Positions 48,303-64,000 of a stretch of 64,000 nt of DNA are shown here, piece after piece. The first letter of the stretch is position 1, and each line of letters opens with the position of its first letter. The DNA comes from the human T2T-CHM13v2.0 reference genome, Homo sapiens, in NCBI RefSeq assembly GCF_009914755.1, contig NC_060936.1; one strand, 5' to 3'. A program made the position numbers and the translations under genes. Under the pieces are notes generated by a model, which was given only the letters and a program-made list of their open reading frames with translations, was not told where the DNA came from and made no database searches.

Positions 48303-49545
48303 AGACTTGATTTAAGAAAACATACACTGAAACATTTAGGAGGAAAGGGGTATAATGTCTAAAACATTCAAAAGAGCCCCCAGTCAAACATTTCCAGGCA
48401 GGGTACCCTGGGTTTCACGTGCTGATTTGTGATGGAGCTGGTCATTGTGATGTGCTCAAGTAGCAGCAGGGATTGAATTATTGAAGGATGTAACCATGCT
48501 TTTCCTAAGGGTCAACCAGAAAATCCAGAAAGTTCTTAGACTCCTTCCCATCTCTCTAAATATCTAAAAAACTACAGAATGATTTATATCTTTATTTCTC
48601 AAATTAAATAAAACAATTGGTCGGAAATCTCATACCATACTCTTCAAATGCCTTTGCTGCCATTGTGATTCTACCAAGTAATTTGGATCCTATGCAACTC
48701 CCAGAAAGGAGGTTGTTAGACATCTGTTCCCCATTAGAGAAGAGTTCTGAAATATGTCAATCCCCTAATGCTGTCTCTGCCACCATGGGGCATCACTGTG
48801 AGGTGCATGCCCACCACTATCTGACAAGCCAAGTCTCAGGTATCCATATCCCTGCCCACGCAGTGATGTCTCCAAAGTCAGGAATGTCTAATCTGGGGCT
48901 GCCCAAAGTCTAATGCCTGAGTTATGTGATATAGCAGCTACCTATGGGTGTTTCACATGTATAATCTTTTATTATTTATTCACAATATTCCTTTGAGGTT
49001 AGGGGTGTACCCATTTCATAGAGCAGAAAACTAAGACTCAATAACTTGCTTGAGCTACTAAGTAAAAAACTTTAAAAATAATAGTTATATTACAACCCAA
49101 CCCCCAACCCCCTCCCCTACCTTTTTGTTGGGAACAAAGCCCAATTTTTAGCTGGACTCACTGCTGACCAGCTAAAAGTTTAACATTTCCTGTCCTCCCT
49201 GGTGGCCCTGTGTGACCAATGAGATCTAAGAAAAGTGTCAGGTGGGCCAACCTAGAAGACTTCTTAAGGGATAGAGAAGAACCCTATTTGCAGCCCTCAA
49301 TCCTGTCTTCAACCCTATTTACTTCAATCCTGTCTCCTTGAGCTTGAATGTAGTGGCTAGAGCACTGGTAACTATTTTAGGCCACACAGATGAGGGCATA
49401 ACCTTGGGCTGGCAGAACAGAGAACTTGAAGAAACTTGGCAAAGAACTAGGCAACTTTGTAGAGCCATCATACCAACCTCAGAGTGTGTACCACCCGAAT
49501 TCATTTAAATGAGAGAAAAATAAGCCATTTTGCTTAAGCCACTGG

Positions 49546-49854
49546 TTTTTTTTTTTTTATTTTTTGTCTTTGTTGTTGTTGTTTGAGACAAAGTCTCACT
49601 CTGTCACCCAGGCTGGAGTGCAGTGGTCTCACTCTGTTGCCGAGGCTGGAGTGCAGTGGCATGATATCAGCTCACTGCAACTCCACCTCCCAGGTTCAAG
49701 TGATTCTCCTGCCTCAGCCTCCCGAGTAGCTGGGACTACAGGCGTGCGCCACCACACCTGGCTAAGTTTTGTATTTTTAGTAGAGATGGGGGTTTCACCA
49801 TGTTGGCCAGGCTGGTCTCGAACTCCCGACCTCGTGATCTGTCCGTCTCAGGCC
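49546..49854 (-). mobile_element. AluS with 33-bp internal duplication, 5' end missing
   Basis: tctcactctgt...ggctggagtgcagtgg occurs twice; the element ends at gatctgtccgtctcaggcc. Confidence 0.88.
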
Positions 49855-51138
49855 CTGGGCTCTGAATTTTACTCTAATTTCTACTGCTTTTATAAGTTAC
49901 ATAGATGAGAAGGCGGAGGCACAAAGATTTTTAATACTTTCCTGAACATTCAGAATTTAAATTAATTATGTGAGTCTAGATGTTTTAAAAGTAATAACAA
50001 TGGCTTTGTGGGGTTGTCATAATAAATGAATGAGTAAATGTGCTCCCTTCTGTTTGTGTACCTGTAATTCTTCTGTGTTCCTCTCTCATCCCCTGTGAAG
50101 GATTCCACTCTTCTAGAAGCCATTCATTCACTCATTGTCAGAGTAAGTAAGACTAAGCTGCTTAAATCTTCACGTCTCTCTTGCATTATAACAACTGTGT
50201 GTTCCTGATTATTACAAGGTAGATCATTGCATATTTGACCAAGCCCTGTTACTTAAACAAGATTGTACCCCCAACAGCCATGCCCACACTTAGGTGTATC
50301 TGTGCTGACTCTGTTTGGCATCCCAATCAGATAATGAAATAAATGGAACTCAGTTCAAATACCTTTTGAAACCAATCCCTGCTATAATATAATTTGCAAA
50401 AGTAACTACATCACACAAAAAAACTGACTCATCCCAGAGCCTTTTGGAGAATTTGCTGTAAAATATGGTAGAAGGGCTTGGTAGTAAATTCAGTGAACTA
50501 GAGTAACAGACTCAGAGGAAGAAACTGCGGCAATCAGTGCATCCTTTGTTTTAAACATATTGCTTTCCTTATGAGATGAGACGGAAGGAAAATGTGCTAT
50601 TCGCATCTGAAAACAGGCTAAACCAAGCACTAGGCAATATGTGAGATGGGAATCTCAATTTATTTACAATCTCAATTACTAAGGCATATTGCTTTAGCAC
50701 CTTATATATGAAGTGTGACAATAAAGTAATGAGATCAGTTTTTTTGTTTGGTTCATAAACTGGGACTAATGCAAATGGAAATTCCAAAATAAGAGTTCCT
50801 AAACAATGTGGAGAATTTGCAAAATGAATGGAGTAAGTTTATAAATGAGATTATCCATTTCAAAAGATCTAACACTCATTTTTATATGTAAATTTATTAA
50901 CTATAGTCATAGCACTTGATCTTCACAGCTCATATAGACAAATATATTAATTTGGTGACAGAATTAAACATTGACAAATATTTGTGTTTTCCCTATTCTT
51001 TGTGTTTCACAAAAAACTTAAAATACAAATATACATTTTGTTTTAAGACATTTTGGGAAAATATTTGTTACCCCTTAATATCAGCATTCAGTAATTGATT
51101 TAAGAAGAAAACTCTAAGGTTTGGGTTCTTTTTAGTGA

Positions 51139-51853
51139 TGAAACTGCCTTTGCAAAAATTATAACTGAGGAAATTACGACAGTAAAAGAGATCAGACATA
51201 ACCAACTCCATCTTGCTTCTAACTTTTAAGCTGTCCTTGTTCATTCCTGAGTGTCAGCCCAACTAACTTTGGGAAGGAATTCAGTTCATAGTTTGACTCT
51301 GAAACAAAATTGAGAATAGCCCTTTCCCAAAAAGATCCCCTTCTTGCCTGGGACCAGTCTGCCTTTGTAGGACTAACAGATCAGCTACAAGATTAGAAAT
51401 TATGGTTTAGGAGTCATGCAGCCTTTGCTGCAAGAGTCTGAACCTCCCCAAATTGCTCCTGGGAATAACATCACTATTGTAAAACCTAAGCTCAGTGCTT
51501 GAGATATTTTGCACTTGATGCACCAGCTGACACCACCCAGACCAGCAATCTGGCTCAACCAGTTCTGAGATCCCACCCAAGAACAGAAGACAGCAAGAGA
51601 AATTCACTTCGACTTCCTGTGGTTCCATCTCCAACCCAACTAATCAGCACTCCCCACTTCGCAAGCCCCTACCCGCCAGATTATCCTTAAAAACTCAGGT
51701 CCCCAAAAGGGAGACTGATTTGAATAATAATAAAACTGGTTTCCCACACAGCTGGCTCTGTGTGAATTACTCTCCCTCCATTGAAATTCCCCTGTCTTGA
51801 TAAATCAGCTCTGTCTAGGCAGCAGGCAAGGTGAAACCCGTTGGGTGGTTACA
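51139..51853 (+). mobile_element. LTR8 (ERV1) solo LTR, 715 bp
   Basis: tgaaactgcctttgcaaaaattataactgag...caaggtgaaacccgttgggtggttaca; 4-bp TSD gtga. Confidence 0.92.
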
Positions 51854-52704
51854 GTGACTGTCAAACTGACCATTACCGGAAGCCAAAACTGAGGAAACAA
51901 TTCTCAATCACTCAGATCTTAGAATAGATGGAGAAACTTCTCAGGATGTTTCATAAGACATGATGAGGAAGTCATACGGTAACAACTCATACACCCAAAA
52001 GTAGGAAAAAAAAAAAAAAAAAACCTACTTCCCACAATGGTGTACTGGAGGTCTGAGAGAGGACACAAGTGAGTGTGCTGTACAAATAGAACTGTGTTGG
52101 AAGGAAAAACATGAAATTCGGGATTATTTAGTCAACACTAAGAGGCTCCAATGGAGCTACTGCTGTGTCCAGAGGGTCGCACATCACCTCTGTAAAAGGC
52201 ATTATAGAAGACCTTAACAAATCGAAGAAAAAAGCTATGAACAGATAGGAATGTTCTCTTTGTAGAGACTAGACAAGTGTAATTAATAATAAAAGCACTC
52301 TCAGCTCATGAGCACATTGTGATATAAATGAATGACCTCAGTAGACATTGTCATTACTCTCAACAAAGAATGTTCAAATTATTACCAATGTTTTCAGTGT
52401 GCTTGTGTCTTTATTCCCCACTGATAACATTACAAGAATATGCTTTGGCTTTCCAAACAATACAATTTATTCTCTTTAATAATTCTTCTTTTTCCTCCCT
52501 TTCACATAATCATACCACTTTATTCTCATTGCTTCCCATCAACATCATCTTTATTTCGCTTTTCTTCTCAATTCTTCTTATAATCTTTCTCTCCTCTATT
52601 GTTTGTTCTATGCCATGCTTGGTTAGGAAAAAATAATACACAATTGTGCTCTGAGGGCCAACGAAATGAATTAAGTTCACCTGAAAGCTTCAAAGGACAC
52701 AGTC

Positions 52705-53970
52705 AATATCATCAGTCATTAGTCAAAATGAGATACCACTTCCCACGCACTAGAGTGGCCATAATCAAAGAGGTAGACAATAAGGAGTACTGGTGAAAAT
52801 GTGGGGAAACTGGAACCTTTATACATTACTGGTAGGATATGTCAACTGGTACAAGCAGTTTGGAAGAGTTCAGCAAAAATTAAAACATTCCTTTACTATA
52901 TAAAGTGGCAATTCCTTCCTTGGTATTCATCTTTCCAAGAATATAAAAATAAATATCCACACAAACACTTATATGTGAATGTATAGAGTATTATTCACGA
53001 CAGCCCCAAATGAAAACCATCCAAATGTCCACTTACAGGTGAATGGATAAACAAAACATTTATAAACAAAATACAAGTGAACACGATTCAGCAATAAAAA
53101 TAGAAGAAAGTAGTAATACATGTTATAACATAGATAAACCTTAAAAACATCATACTACATTAAAGAAGCCTGACACAAAATAACACGTTTTATTATTATA
53201 TTTATATGTAATGTCTAGAAAAGGCGAATCTACAAAAACAGAAAGCAGATGAGTGATTGCCTGGGGCTGGGATTAGGAGTGAAAACTGACTGCAAATGCC
53301 CATCAGGGGTCTTTTTAGAGGGGTGAGAATATTATAAGAGTGAACCGTAGTAAGGTTTGCACAGCTCTAAAAGTTTTGAAAATGTTTAAAGTGTTTTCTT
53401 TAATTGACACATAATAATTATAAATATTTATGAGGTACAGAGGGATATTTAAATACATACGATGTGTACTGATCAAATCAGCTGTAAAAGTTTTGAAAAT
53501 GTTCAAAGTTCTTGTTTTTTAAAATTGACACATAATAATTATACATATTTATGAGGTACAGAGGGATATTTAAATACATACAATGTGTGCTGATCAAATC
53601 AGGATAATTAGCATATCCATCATCTCAAACATTTATCTTTTCTTTGTGTTGGGTAGATTGAAAATCCTCTCTTCTAGCTATTTGAAAATATATAATAAAT
53701 TACTATTAACTATAGTCAGTCTATAGTTCTATAGAATATTGGAATTTATTCCTCCTAACTGTAATTTTGTATCCAAAATTTGTAACCAACCTTTCTCTAT
53801 CCCCTTCGTTCCCCACCCGTTCCCAGCCTCTAATATTAATAACTACTATTCTACTGTCTACTTCTGTGAGATCAATTTTAGCTTCTATAAATTTATTTTA
53901 AAAACTAAAATGCTGTGCACTAAAAATGGGTGAATTTCACAGTATTTAAATTATACCTCAATAAGGCTTA
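52705..53970 (+). mobile_element. L1M 3' fragment carrying a minus-strand L1MA 3' end (~53395-53885)
   Basis: Host reads aaaatgagataccact...aaattatacctcaataa. Insert reads aattgacacataataatt...catatccatcatctcaaacattta. Confidence 0.8.
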
Positions 53971-54584
53971 AAAATAAAGCACTCTACTAGTATCATTTTT
54001 TATATACTAGTGATAAATATTAGTATGACAAGTCTCTATTCAGTGTATTCCCTTGTAAGATTAGAGATGTATTTTCATAAGAGAAAAGTCTGACAGCCAG
54101 GGTTGAAAAGAGGTACTAAAATGCCCGGGCAGACTGACAGCAGGTTAGATGTTATAATTTAGTTCTCTTGGTATTTGTAGAGCAGACTGAAATATCTGGT
54201 TCATGTAGTATACTCCAGCTTAAAAATTCACCAAATTCAAGGCTTTAGGTTATTAATTACATTCTTTTTATATATTAATAGGTGTATTAAAAATAGATTA
54301 TTTTACATAAATGCTTTCAATTGATAGATCAAATATTAGCTGCAGCTTAATACTGGCATTGTTCAGAAAAAGGCTGGCATTCTTTCCATGTTCCCATTTG
54401 TTATCTCTCTCTCTCTACATACCGTCCTTAACAAACCTTTTTCACACTGTACTATAACGATCCATCCCCGTATCTGACTCTCTACGCTTGCCTATGCTTC
54501 TTGAAAGCAGAAGCAATCTCCTCAATGATTTGCATCATTAACACATAATTGTTACTCAACAAAACTTTCTGAAGCTTACATGTA

Positions 54585-55244
<660 letters not shown>

Positions 55245-55531
55245 CCTGCAACAATCTATTTTCTCAGATTTTTGGAGACCAGAAGTTCAATTTGTTGGCA
55301 GGGCCACACTCCCTCTGAAGGCCCTAGGAATCCCTCTTTGCACAGCTCCTGGTGGCTCCAGGCATACTTCAGCTTCCTTGACTTCCAGCCACATCACTCC
55401 AATCCCTGCCTCTGTCTTCACATTGCCTTCTCCTCTGTCTTGCTCTCCTCTGTCTCTTATAACAACACTCTTGATTGGATTTGGGGCCATGGGATAATCC
55501 AGGATGATCTCATCTCAAGATCCTTAATTAA

Positions 55532-55879
<348 letters not shown>

Positions 55880-57736
55880 ACATCCACAGGTTTTAAGGAT
55901 TTGGATATGGATCTTTTGGGGAGCCACTACTTAATACATTACGATATAACCCAAAAGTTTAAGTATTTTAAAGGACTTGACAATACTCACATAAAAATAA
56001 AAAGTTTTGCCACCAATAAGGTAAATCAATAAGATTTACTTCTCACAAATTTTAAACTACTTCCTTTTTATATATATATATATATATAAAAAACCTGTCT
56101 TCAACCTAAATTATGGAAGGAGATTTTGTGATGGATTTTACTAGGACCTATTGAGAAAATAGGAAGCAACCTTCCCAGGACTGAAATAAATACAATTCAC
56201 TGAAGCATGAACCAGCTGCATATTATGTTCCTAGGCTTTGAGAATTTTCCAAATTTTTCTCTTGATGGATGGCAGTTATTTTCCACGACTCCTATTACCT
56301 TCCAGTGGTGTTTTTCCAAAGGAGATATATTTAAATACATCTTGGACAAGAACAAAGTATTTTAATTAACTGTGAAACAATATAAAAATAAATTTTGCTC
56401 TTTATTTCGACATTATAGCCTTCAGTGTCAGAAGCGCTATTATTTCGTTCCTGCACACCTGTATTAGTTTGTGCTTGGGGAAAAGATGTAGCCAGCTACA
56501 TACATCTAGCTCTAAGTCACTGCAGTTTACACAAGGATAGAAGACTATTGCTTTAATGGGGAAGAAGGGAAACAAAAGAATAATGTATTATTAAATGTTT
56601 CAAAAGTAAGAATAAACGGAAAAGACTAACAGGTTTAGAAACTTAACTTCTGGATGTGACAAGAATTCCAAAACAGTCAACTCCAGCTACCCCACCTTTG
56701 AAATAGGAACCTAATCAAGAGTGTAAGACACTGTCACTCATTTTCATATTAATTTTTAATATATACTGAGAAACAGAGGAAAATTAAATGAAATCTTTTG
56801 CTCTGGAAAGATTTGAGGCAACATTAACAACACCAATGTTATTGCTTACTTTCTTTTCTTATTAAAAAGGATGAAAAGTGAAGGTTTATTCATGTTTTAT
56901 CAAGCTACGGTTCTAATTTTTAAAGTTTAAGGAATTAATATGGTTATGTTTTCCTAGGACCATTAACGTGTCACATCAGATACTTAAGTTTTATTGAAGT
57001 AGGGTAGGAAATAAATAGAAGAAAGAAACCTAATATATGGAGAAGGTATTTTGTGCAAATTAACAGTACTTATTCTGAAATTTATAAATTTTTCATTTCC
57101 TTATTTATAATTTGCATTATAATAAAACTTGAACTTATAGCAACTTATGACAACATAGAAGGAATATTATTCTTATTAGATGAAACATGAAATAAAAGGA
57201 TATAAAATATTTTGAAAACCAGGAAAGTCTATAAAAGTATACTTTAAGTTTACGTGTACGGCATCCTCATTCACTGTATAAACTAGAATCATAAGTTCCA
57301 TGAAAGCAGGAGATTTTGCTTGCATTGTTTACCAATTTATTCTCAGAACTTTGAGTAATGCCTGGCATATGACAGGTTCTCAATATGTATTCGTCAAGTG
57401 AATGAAGGAAAAAAATGAAAAGAACCAAGAACACAGTCATGTAGACCTAGTCTGAATACAGGTTCCACTACATACTACATACTAGCTGAATTTCACTTCT
57501 TCCACCTGTCACTTAGCCCTTGGTGTAGCACTGTCTTGGGACAGTCTTTTACCTTTATATGAGCCTGTCCTGCTTCTCTTGGTTATACTCTAAGCTTCTT
57601 TCTTCATTCCCGGTGTCTACTATGATAACCTCTCACAACTCAGAAATCTGAGGATGCTCACAATGATCAAGAATTGTAAGGCTTTCTCTGATGCTTAAGG
57701 GGTACAATGTCTAAAGTAACTATCTTTTCAAATCAC

Positions 57737-58752
57737 CTAGTCTATTAGGGTTCTCCAGAGAAACAGAACCAAAGGATGTATGTGTGTGTATAGAAAGAGA
57801 TTTATTAAAAGAAATTGGCTCATGTGATTATGGAGGCTAGAAAGTTCAAAACTGCATGGCAGGCTGGCAGGCTGATCTCGCTCCAGGAGAGCCAGGGTTC
57901 TAGCCCAAGGACTGGCGGGCCAAAGACACAGGAGAGTCAATGCCCCAGGGTCTGAGTGTGAAGGCAGGAAGAGCTGATTTTGCAGGTGAAGTCCAAAGGC
58001 AGCCTGGAGAATTCTCTCTTTCTCAGGGGAGGCCAGTCTTTTTGTTCTATTCAGGCCTTCAACTGATTGGATGAGGTCCACTCATATTACCAAGGACAAT
58101 CCACTTTGTTCAAAATTCACTGAGTTAAAAGTTACTCCCAACCAAAAGAAGAAGAAGAAAACCCTCAGAAAAACACTCAGAATAATTTTTGACCAAATAT
58201 GTAGGCACCTGGTGGTCTAGCCAAGTTGATATCCAGAAAATGTCACCCCAAAATAGAGTACTCTTGTATGATTATTCTTTAAATTAAAGGCCCTTGGAAA
58301 TCAGGAGGTGCTGGAAGAGGCTTTCCTCTGATCTTCCCTTATCTGCCTAAAGACTGGACCAACCAAGGAAGAAAACAATTGCCTTTTGTCCCTTCCCTGA
58401 GTTTTCATTCACTAAACTCATATTGCAGAGAGAAGACTGAGGAATGTAACCACATCTGGACAGATTTCGTCACCAGGTATTGTCCTCTCCCACGCCCATT
58501 TATTCCCTTTAAAAATCATTTAATACCTTTCATATTGCCATGATCCCCCACTTCCCCTTGCCCTATGTGGAAGTGTATATAACCATCCAGATCCCATTGG
58601 GTTAATGGGTGATCACTCTTCTGTGATTTTTGCCCTGTGTGTGTTAATAAAATTTTGTATGCCATTTTCTCCTGTTAGTCTATCTATTGTCAGTACATTC
58701 CAGGAGGAAATGCTTGGCTTTGGCTCCTACAACACAAGAGTTCACCATCACA
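57737..58752 (-). mobile_element. MLT2 (ERVL) LTR, interrupted near its end by MER34
   Basis: agggttctccagagaaacagaacc...ggccttcaactgattggatgagg...gccaagttga, then the insert, then cacaagagttcaccatcaca. Confidence 0.85.
58230..58731 (+). mobile_element. MER34-family (ERV1) LTR
   Basis: cagaaaatgtcaccccaaaata...aataaaattttgtatgccattttctcctgtt...ctcctaca. Confidence 0.75.
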
Positions 58753-59838
58753 CCTAGTGTATCTGTCCCATCGTATCTACTCTGGAGATGTTGACAAATA
58801 AAGTGTCCCCCTTGGTCTTATGTTTCTAAGTTAGAGGAAAACTTCATGGAACACTAAGAAGGGATCTTTGTTCTTCACCTGCCCCAGTGTTTTATTTGCC
58901 TCATTCCCCCCAAACAGTCACACTTCAGTACCTACATGCTTGCCTGAAACATGGACCTCAGATATTAATCATGACTATATAATCAAATCCAAGTCAATAT
59001 CTCACAAGTCTTGCCAGAGTATGAACAGATGCTCACTATCTTGAAAATGAAAATATTAGTGTTACAGATCCCTGGAGCCCAACACTTATTGTCAAAGTCA
59101 AGGGAGAAATGGGGAAAGAGGGGGTTAAAACTGCATTGCTGGAACAACCCCATACTCTCCAGCTGTGAACAATTAGGCCTGTCAGCATTCCTTTCAGGAA
59201 ACTCCTGCTGCTTTATTAGGATGAATGGGAAACAGAATTTTGACTTTTTGATAGGTGAGGTTATAAATCTACCATCAAGACTGGGAGAGGACCAACTGGG
59301 TTTATGTGCACATGTTGAATCTTTAATTATGGACCCCCCAAGATGTTCAACTTAGTAATGCCTTATCGTGTTCCAAGGCAGAAGTGGGAGGAGAGGGAGG
59401 AACTAGGTTTGTGACTAAGGAATTACTCTCTTTTAATAGAATTACATAGGAGGATAGGTAACAGTTGTGCAGAGGAAGGTCTCTGAATACCCATGATGTG
59501 TCAACTTGGAAATATTTGCTCATGCACAATTCTTTTTCATGGCTAGTCACAATTTTATGACTTTCTATGAATTTCATATCTAATTTTAAAATAATCTATA
59601 ACATAAAAATGAGAAACCAAGCTCTGAGAAAACAGTAAAGGTGAAAGCAACTTAAATTTTCATGTGTCTTACCAAAAAATTACAACGTTATATGACAGAA
59701 AAAAGTGCCATGAAGGCACAAAATATCTTCTATGACTACTTTGAATACCACATTGTTTTTAAGAACTCCAAATGTAATTGATACAAATTAGCGACATGTA
59801 ACCTATTGCACATAAGATATAGCAGAAAACTTCCATAA

Positions 59839-60294
<456 letters not shown>

Positions 60295-60309
60295 TAAAAT
60301 TTTACATTT

Positions 60310-60761
<452 letters not shown>

Positions 60762-61519
60762 TTGGATAGTATTTTATCTGGTCTCCTAAGATCCAACTTG
60801 CCCCTCACACCTCTAGTCAAATAACAAATGTGAAGATGGTGATACCTTTCTGGAGAGAAGCTGGAATTTTGTTGTACTTGTACATTTTTGATGATAGCAT
60901 GGCTTGCTAACATAGCACCCTATTCATAGAACTCCTCAAAAAGTGCTCACTAAATTAAGTATTAATAGAATATTTCTCATTCATCATCAGTCAGAGCCCA
61001 CTGAGATGCTTCAACAACTCACATAACATTTTCATGTCCTCACTTGAAAAATGGGACTAAAGCTACTGGACCAAAATATGTGATGTCTCACAGCCAATGC
61101 CTGGCATATAATCAGCACTCTGTAAAGGCTGTTTTTTAAAGAAAACTTACATTACTCATTGTCGTGACAAGAAAGTGATAAATTAGATACAAATGCATTA
61201 AGTAAGGCTCAGGCACTTTGCAAGTTTGGGGGTTTGTTTTTCTTTAAAGTATTTTAAGCAAACTTCCCAATTCCCAGCAGAATTTCTTTCTTTTTTTTTT
61301 TTTTCTGAGATTCTTCCCTCTGTCCTCTCACTGCTCTGCTGACTGAGAGTCTTGCTTTTGCCAGCTGTATCTTAGGACTAATGAGATTATTGTGGAAATG
61401 ATCAGTCGTTTGAAACACCAGCCCACAAGTACAAGTAAATTCAGAAGATTGAGTAGAGCTCCATGGGAATCCACTCAAAGAGAACAGGGTGACCATAAAA
61501 TGTGCCACTGAGGCTTCCT

Positions 61520-61920
61520 GCTGCGGGAGTAAGATTGACTTTTGGCCCCAGCTCCTGCATCCTCGAAGTCCACCACCGGTTTTGCCTTAGGCTACACTCA
61601 CGAGGGTAGCTCCCAGTTAGTGACTGAGCAAGGCTGGGAAACTAAGGCAGGTCCATTCCTGCAAGATGGAGGGCTCCCCTGACAAGAAATTTTGGCTCCT
61701 GGACTCTATGTCAGCCTGCTCCAGAAACTGCTAGAACTCCATGCACTGCAGTCTGAGACTCTTCCTAACTTCCCCCTTCCTTCCTACTCTGCTTCATAGT
61801 CCTGCATAGAAGGCTGAAGGTTCTTCCCACCTCCTTTCACTCCTCTTTTATCCTCACTAGCTTTCCCCTAGTAAATCTCTTTTATGTCTAATCCCACCTT
61901 GTGTCAGCTTCTTGGACAAC
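61520..61920 (+). mobile_element. LTR16-like (ERVL) LTR
   Basis: aaggcaggtccattcctg...gcagtctgagactcttcct...taaatctcttttatgtctaatcccacctt...gcttcttgga. Confidence 0.7.
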
Positions 61921-62566
61921 AAAACTTTAAAAAGAAATAGCTTACTAAATGCTTTCACTCCTTGTCAGGTAGCTACAGGCTACAGCAATGCCAGTAGTCA
62001 ATGTGGAAACCTCTTTCCAGACTGTATGAGACATGGTATGAGGTAGTAGCCTATAACAGATTCACTACCCAATTAAATTCATCATGTCAATAATTTCAGG
62101 ACAAGAAAAGGCCTAAGTTTTCTTAAGGCATTTAAACAAAAATAAGGTAAGGTAGGTCCATGAAAATAATAAACCAATACCACTTCTCTAACTTGGTTAA
62201 GCTACTTTCCCTATTGAAGATGTGTTTCCCTAATATAATTGCAGGTTTTGTTAAGGATAATAATACTGAGTTAACTATTTTAGTCAAATCCACTTTGAAA
62301 ATAATATGCTAGAATAATATGAATATATACTATAATTTATTTTCAAAGGAGATAGATGTGCCAAGAATCCAGATTAAACTATGGACTGATTAATAAGCTT
62401 TTCCCATCTCAACTTCATGATACTGCCTTCTTCTTTTCCTAATATAAATTCTACCTGTTTAATTTTTCTAATATGAAACATTACACCCACCTTCATTTAC
62501 CTTCTGGCACAGTCTTCCAATGACAGCAATATCCAAAAACAGGAATATATTGTCCACTGAAAAATT

Positions 62567-62985
62567 TGTATTAGTTATCTCTGTCTAATAAATTACTCCA
62601 AAACTTGTCGGGCTCAGATGGGGATAGATCACTCCTAAGCTCACTCATATGGTCACTGGCTGAGTTCAGTTCCTTGAGGTGGTTGGACTTGGGCCTCCAT
62701 TCCTTGCCAGCTGTTCACCGGAGGCTTCCCTCATTCCCTGGCACATGGCCCTCTCTGTAAAGCTGTTGGCATCCTCAGAGAAAGTGAGCGAGCAGAGAAT
62801 AAGAATACCCAGGACAGGGGTTGCAGCTTTTACAACCCAATCTCAGAAATGACGTTCCACCACCGCTTTTCCACAAAAGTGCATCACTAAGCGCAGTGCA
62901 CACTCAATGGGAACAGACTACACAAGCGGGTGAATCCGAGGCAGCGCAGGCCATTGGGAGGCAGCCTTGAGTATGCCGGCCACTC
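62567..62985 (-). mobile_element. MLT1F-like LTR
   Basis: tgtattagttatct...aaattactccaaaactt...caatctcagaaatgac...cacaagcgggtgaat. Confidence 0.7.
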
Positions 62986-63124
62986 CGTTACTGTAGACAC
63001 TCATTTCAGAGTTGTTTTCCTCAAATGCTTAAAGATTGGTTCATTGACATAAGAAAAAAATAGTCCATCATACCACACAGCTAAGGACTGCGATATTTTC
63101 TAATTTATAAAAAATACAAACTGA

Positions 63125-63563
<439 letters not shown>

Positions 63564-64000
63564 TCAACCTAGAAAATCTTCTTCAAAAGGAAATAACTTT
63601 CTTTGAATTGATGAAGCTCAGAAAAAGCTTGAGGTATATGTTATTATCAAGAGAAGAGTTTAAACAACAACTTATTTCACTGCTAGTTTCCGAGTAAAGA
63701 TTCTTATAGCAATTTATTGTCAGTAGACTCTAATACCACCTGCGAAATACTACTATTTTTACTCATTATTGATTTAAAATAATTTTATAGAGAACTGGTT
63801 GCTTTTTTCCAAGATACCATTTGCTCGGATTAAATTATGCTTAATGCCAAGACGCATTTTTGCTAACAGCAACCACAATGAGGCAATGAGATCTCTAAAG
63901 TTACAGCAACTTATTCCAGTGAGAAGGACTGCAGACATCATCCAGTTCCACCCCCTGACTGTTTTATACTCCTGGCTGTCAACCTTAAAGGTTACCTTAA

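Overview
Human (primate) intronic DNA, rich in repeats. A fully diagnostic AluYa5 points to human specifically. The only real protein-coding sequence I find is two small minus-strand exons (21092-21173 and 20168-20271) that the ORF track misses. Spliced together they read YLRASSNRNFLLTMRPFLKRAILVLSY-VLVILYFRLWIMGGSMPLFSEQDNPASFSPYILT(R). I recognise this as TMTC1 (protein O-mannosyltransferase). From memory, these 62 aa are present in the long isoform and skipped in the commonly listed shorter one. The rest of the window is TMTC1 intron. It holds an internally deleted L1PB with intact target-site duplications (TSDs) and a ~900-bp AT expansion, an RPL21 processed pseudogene, ~25 Alus, solo LTRs (MST, MLT1, MLT2, MER31, MER34, LTR8, LTR16), DNA-transposon relics (MER33, MER81, MER44, MER63, MER2), and old L1/L2/MIR fragments. 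The most interesting part is the architecture around the exon pair. A perfect AAG(TA)11CTT palindrome overlaps the first exon's 5' splice site. Inverted Alus flank both exons, and a circle of the two exons would have no stop codon. A young AluYa5 could shift Alu pairing, and a candidate intronic poly(A) site follows the second exon. Separately, one Alu is split by a 404-bp foreign insert carrying an exon-like unit. These regulatory ideas are hypotheses, not a demonstrated new system. Repeat subfamily names come from my recall of consensus sequences, and boundaries of old repeats are approximate.
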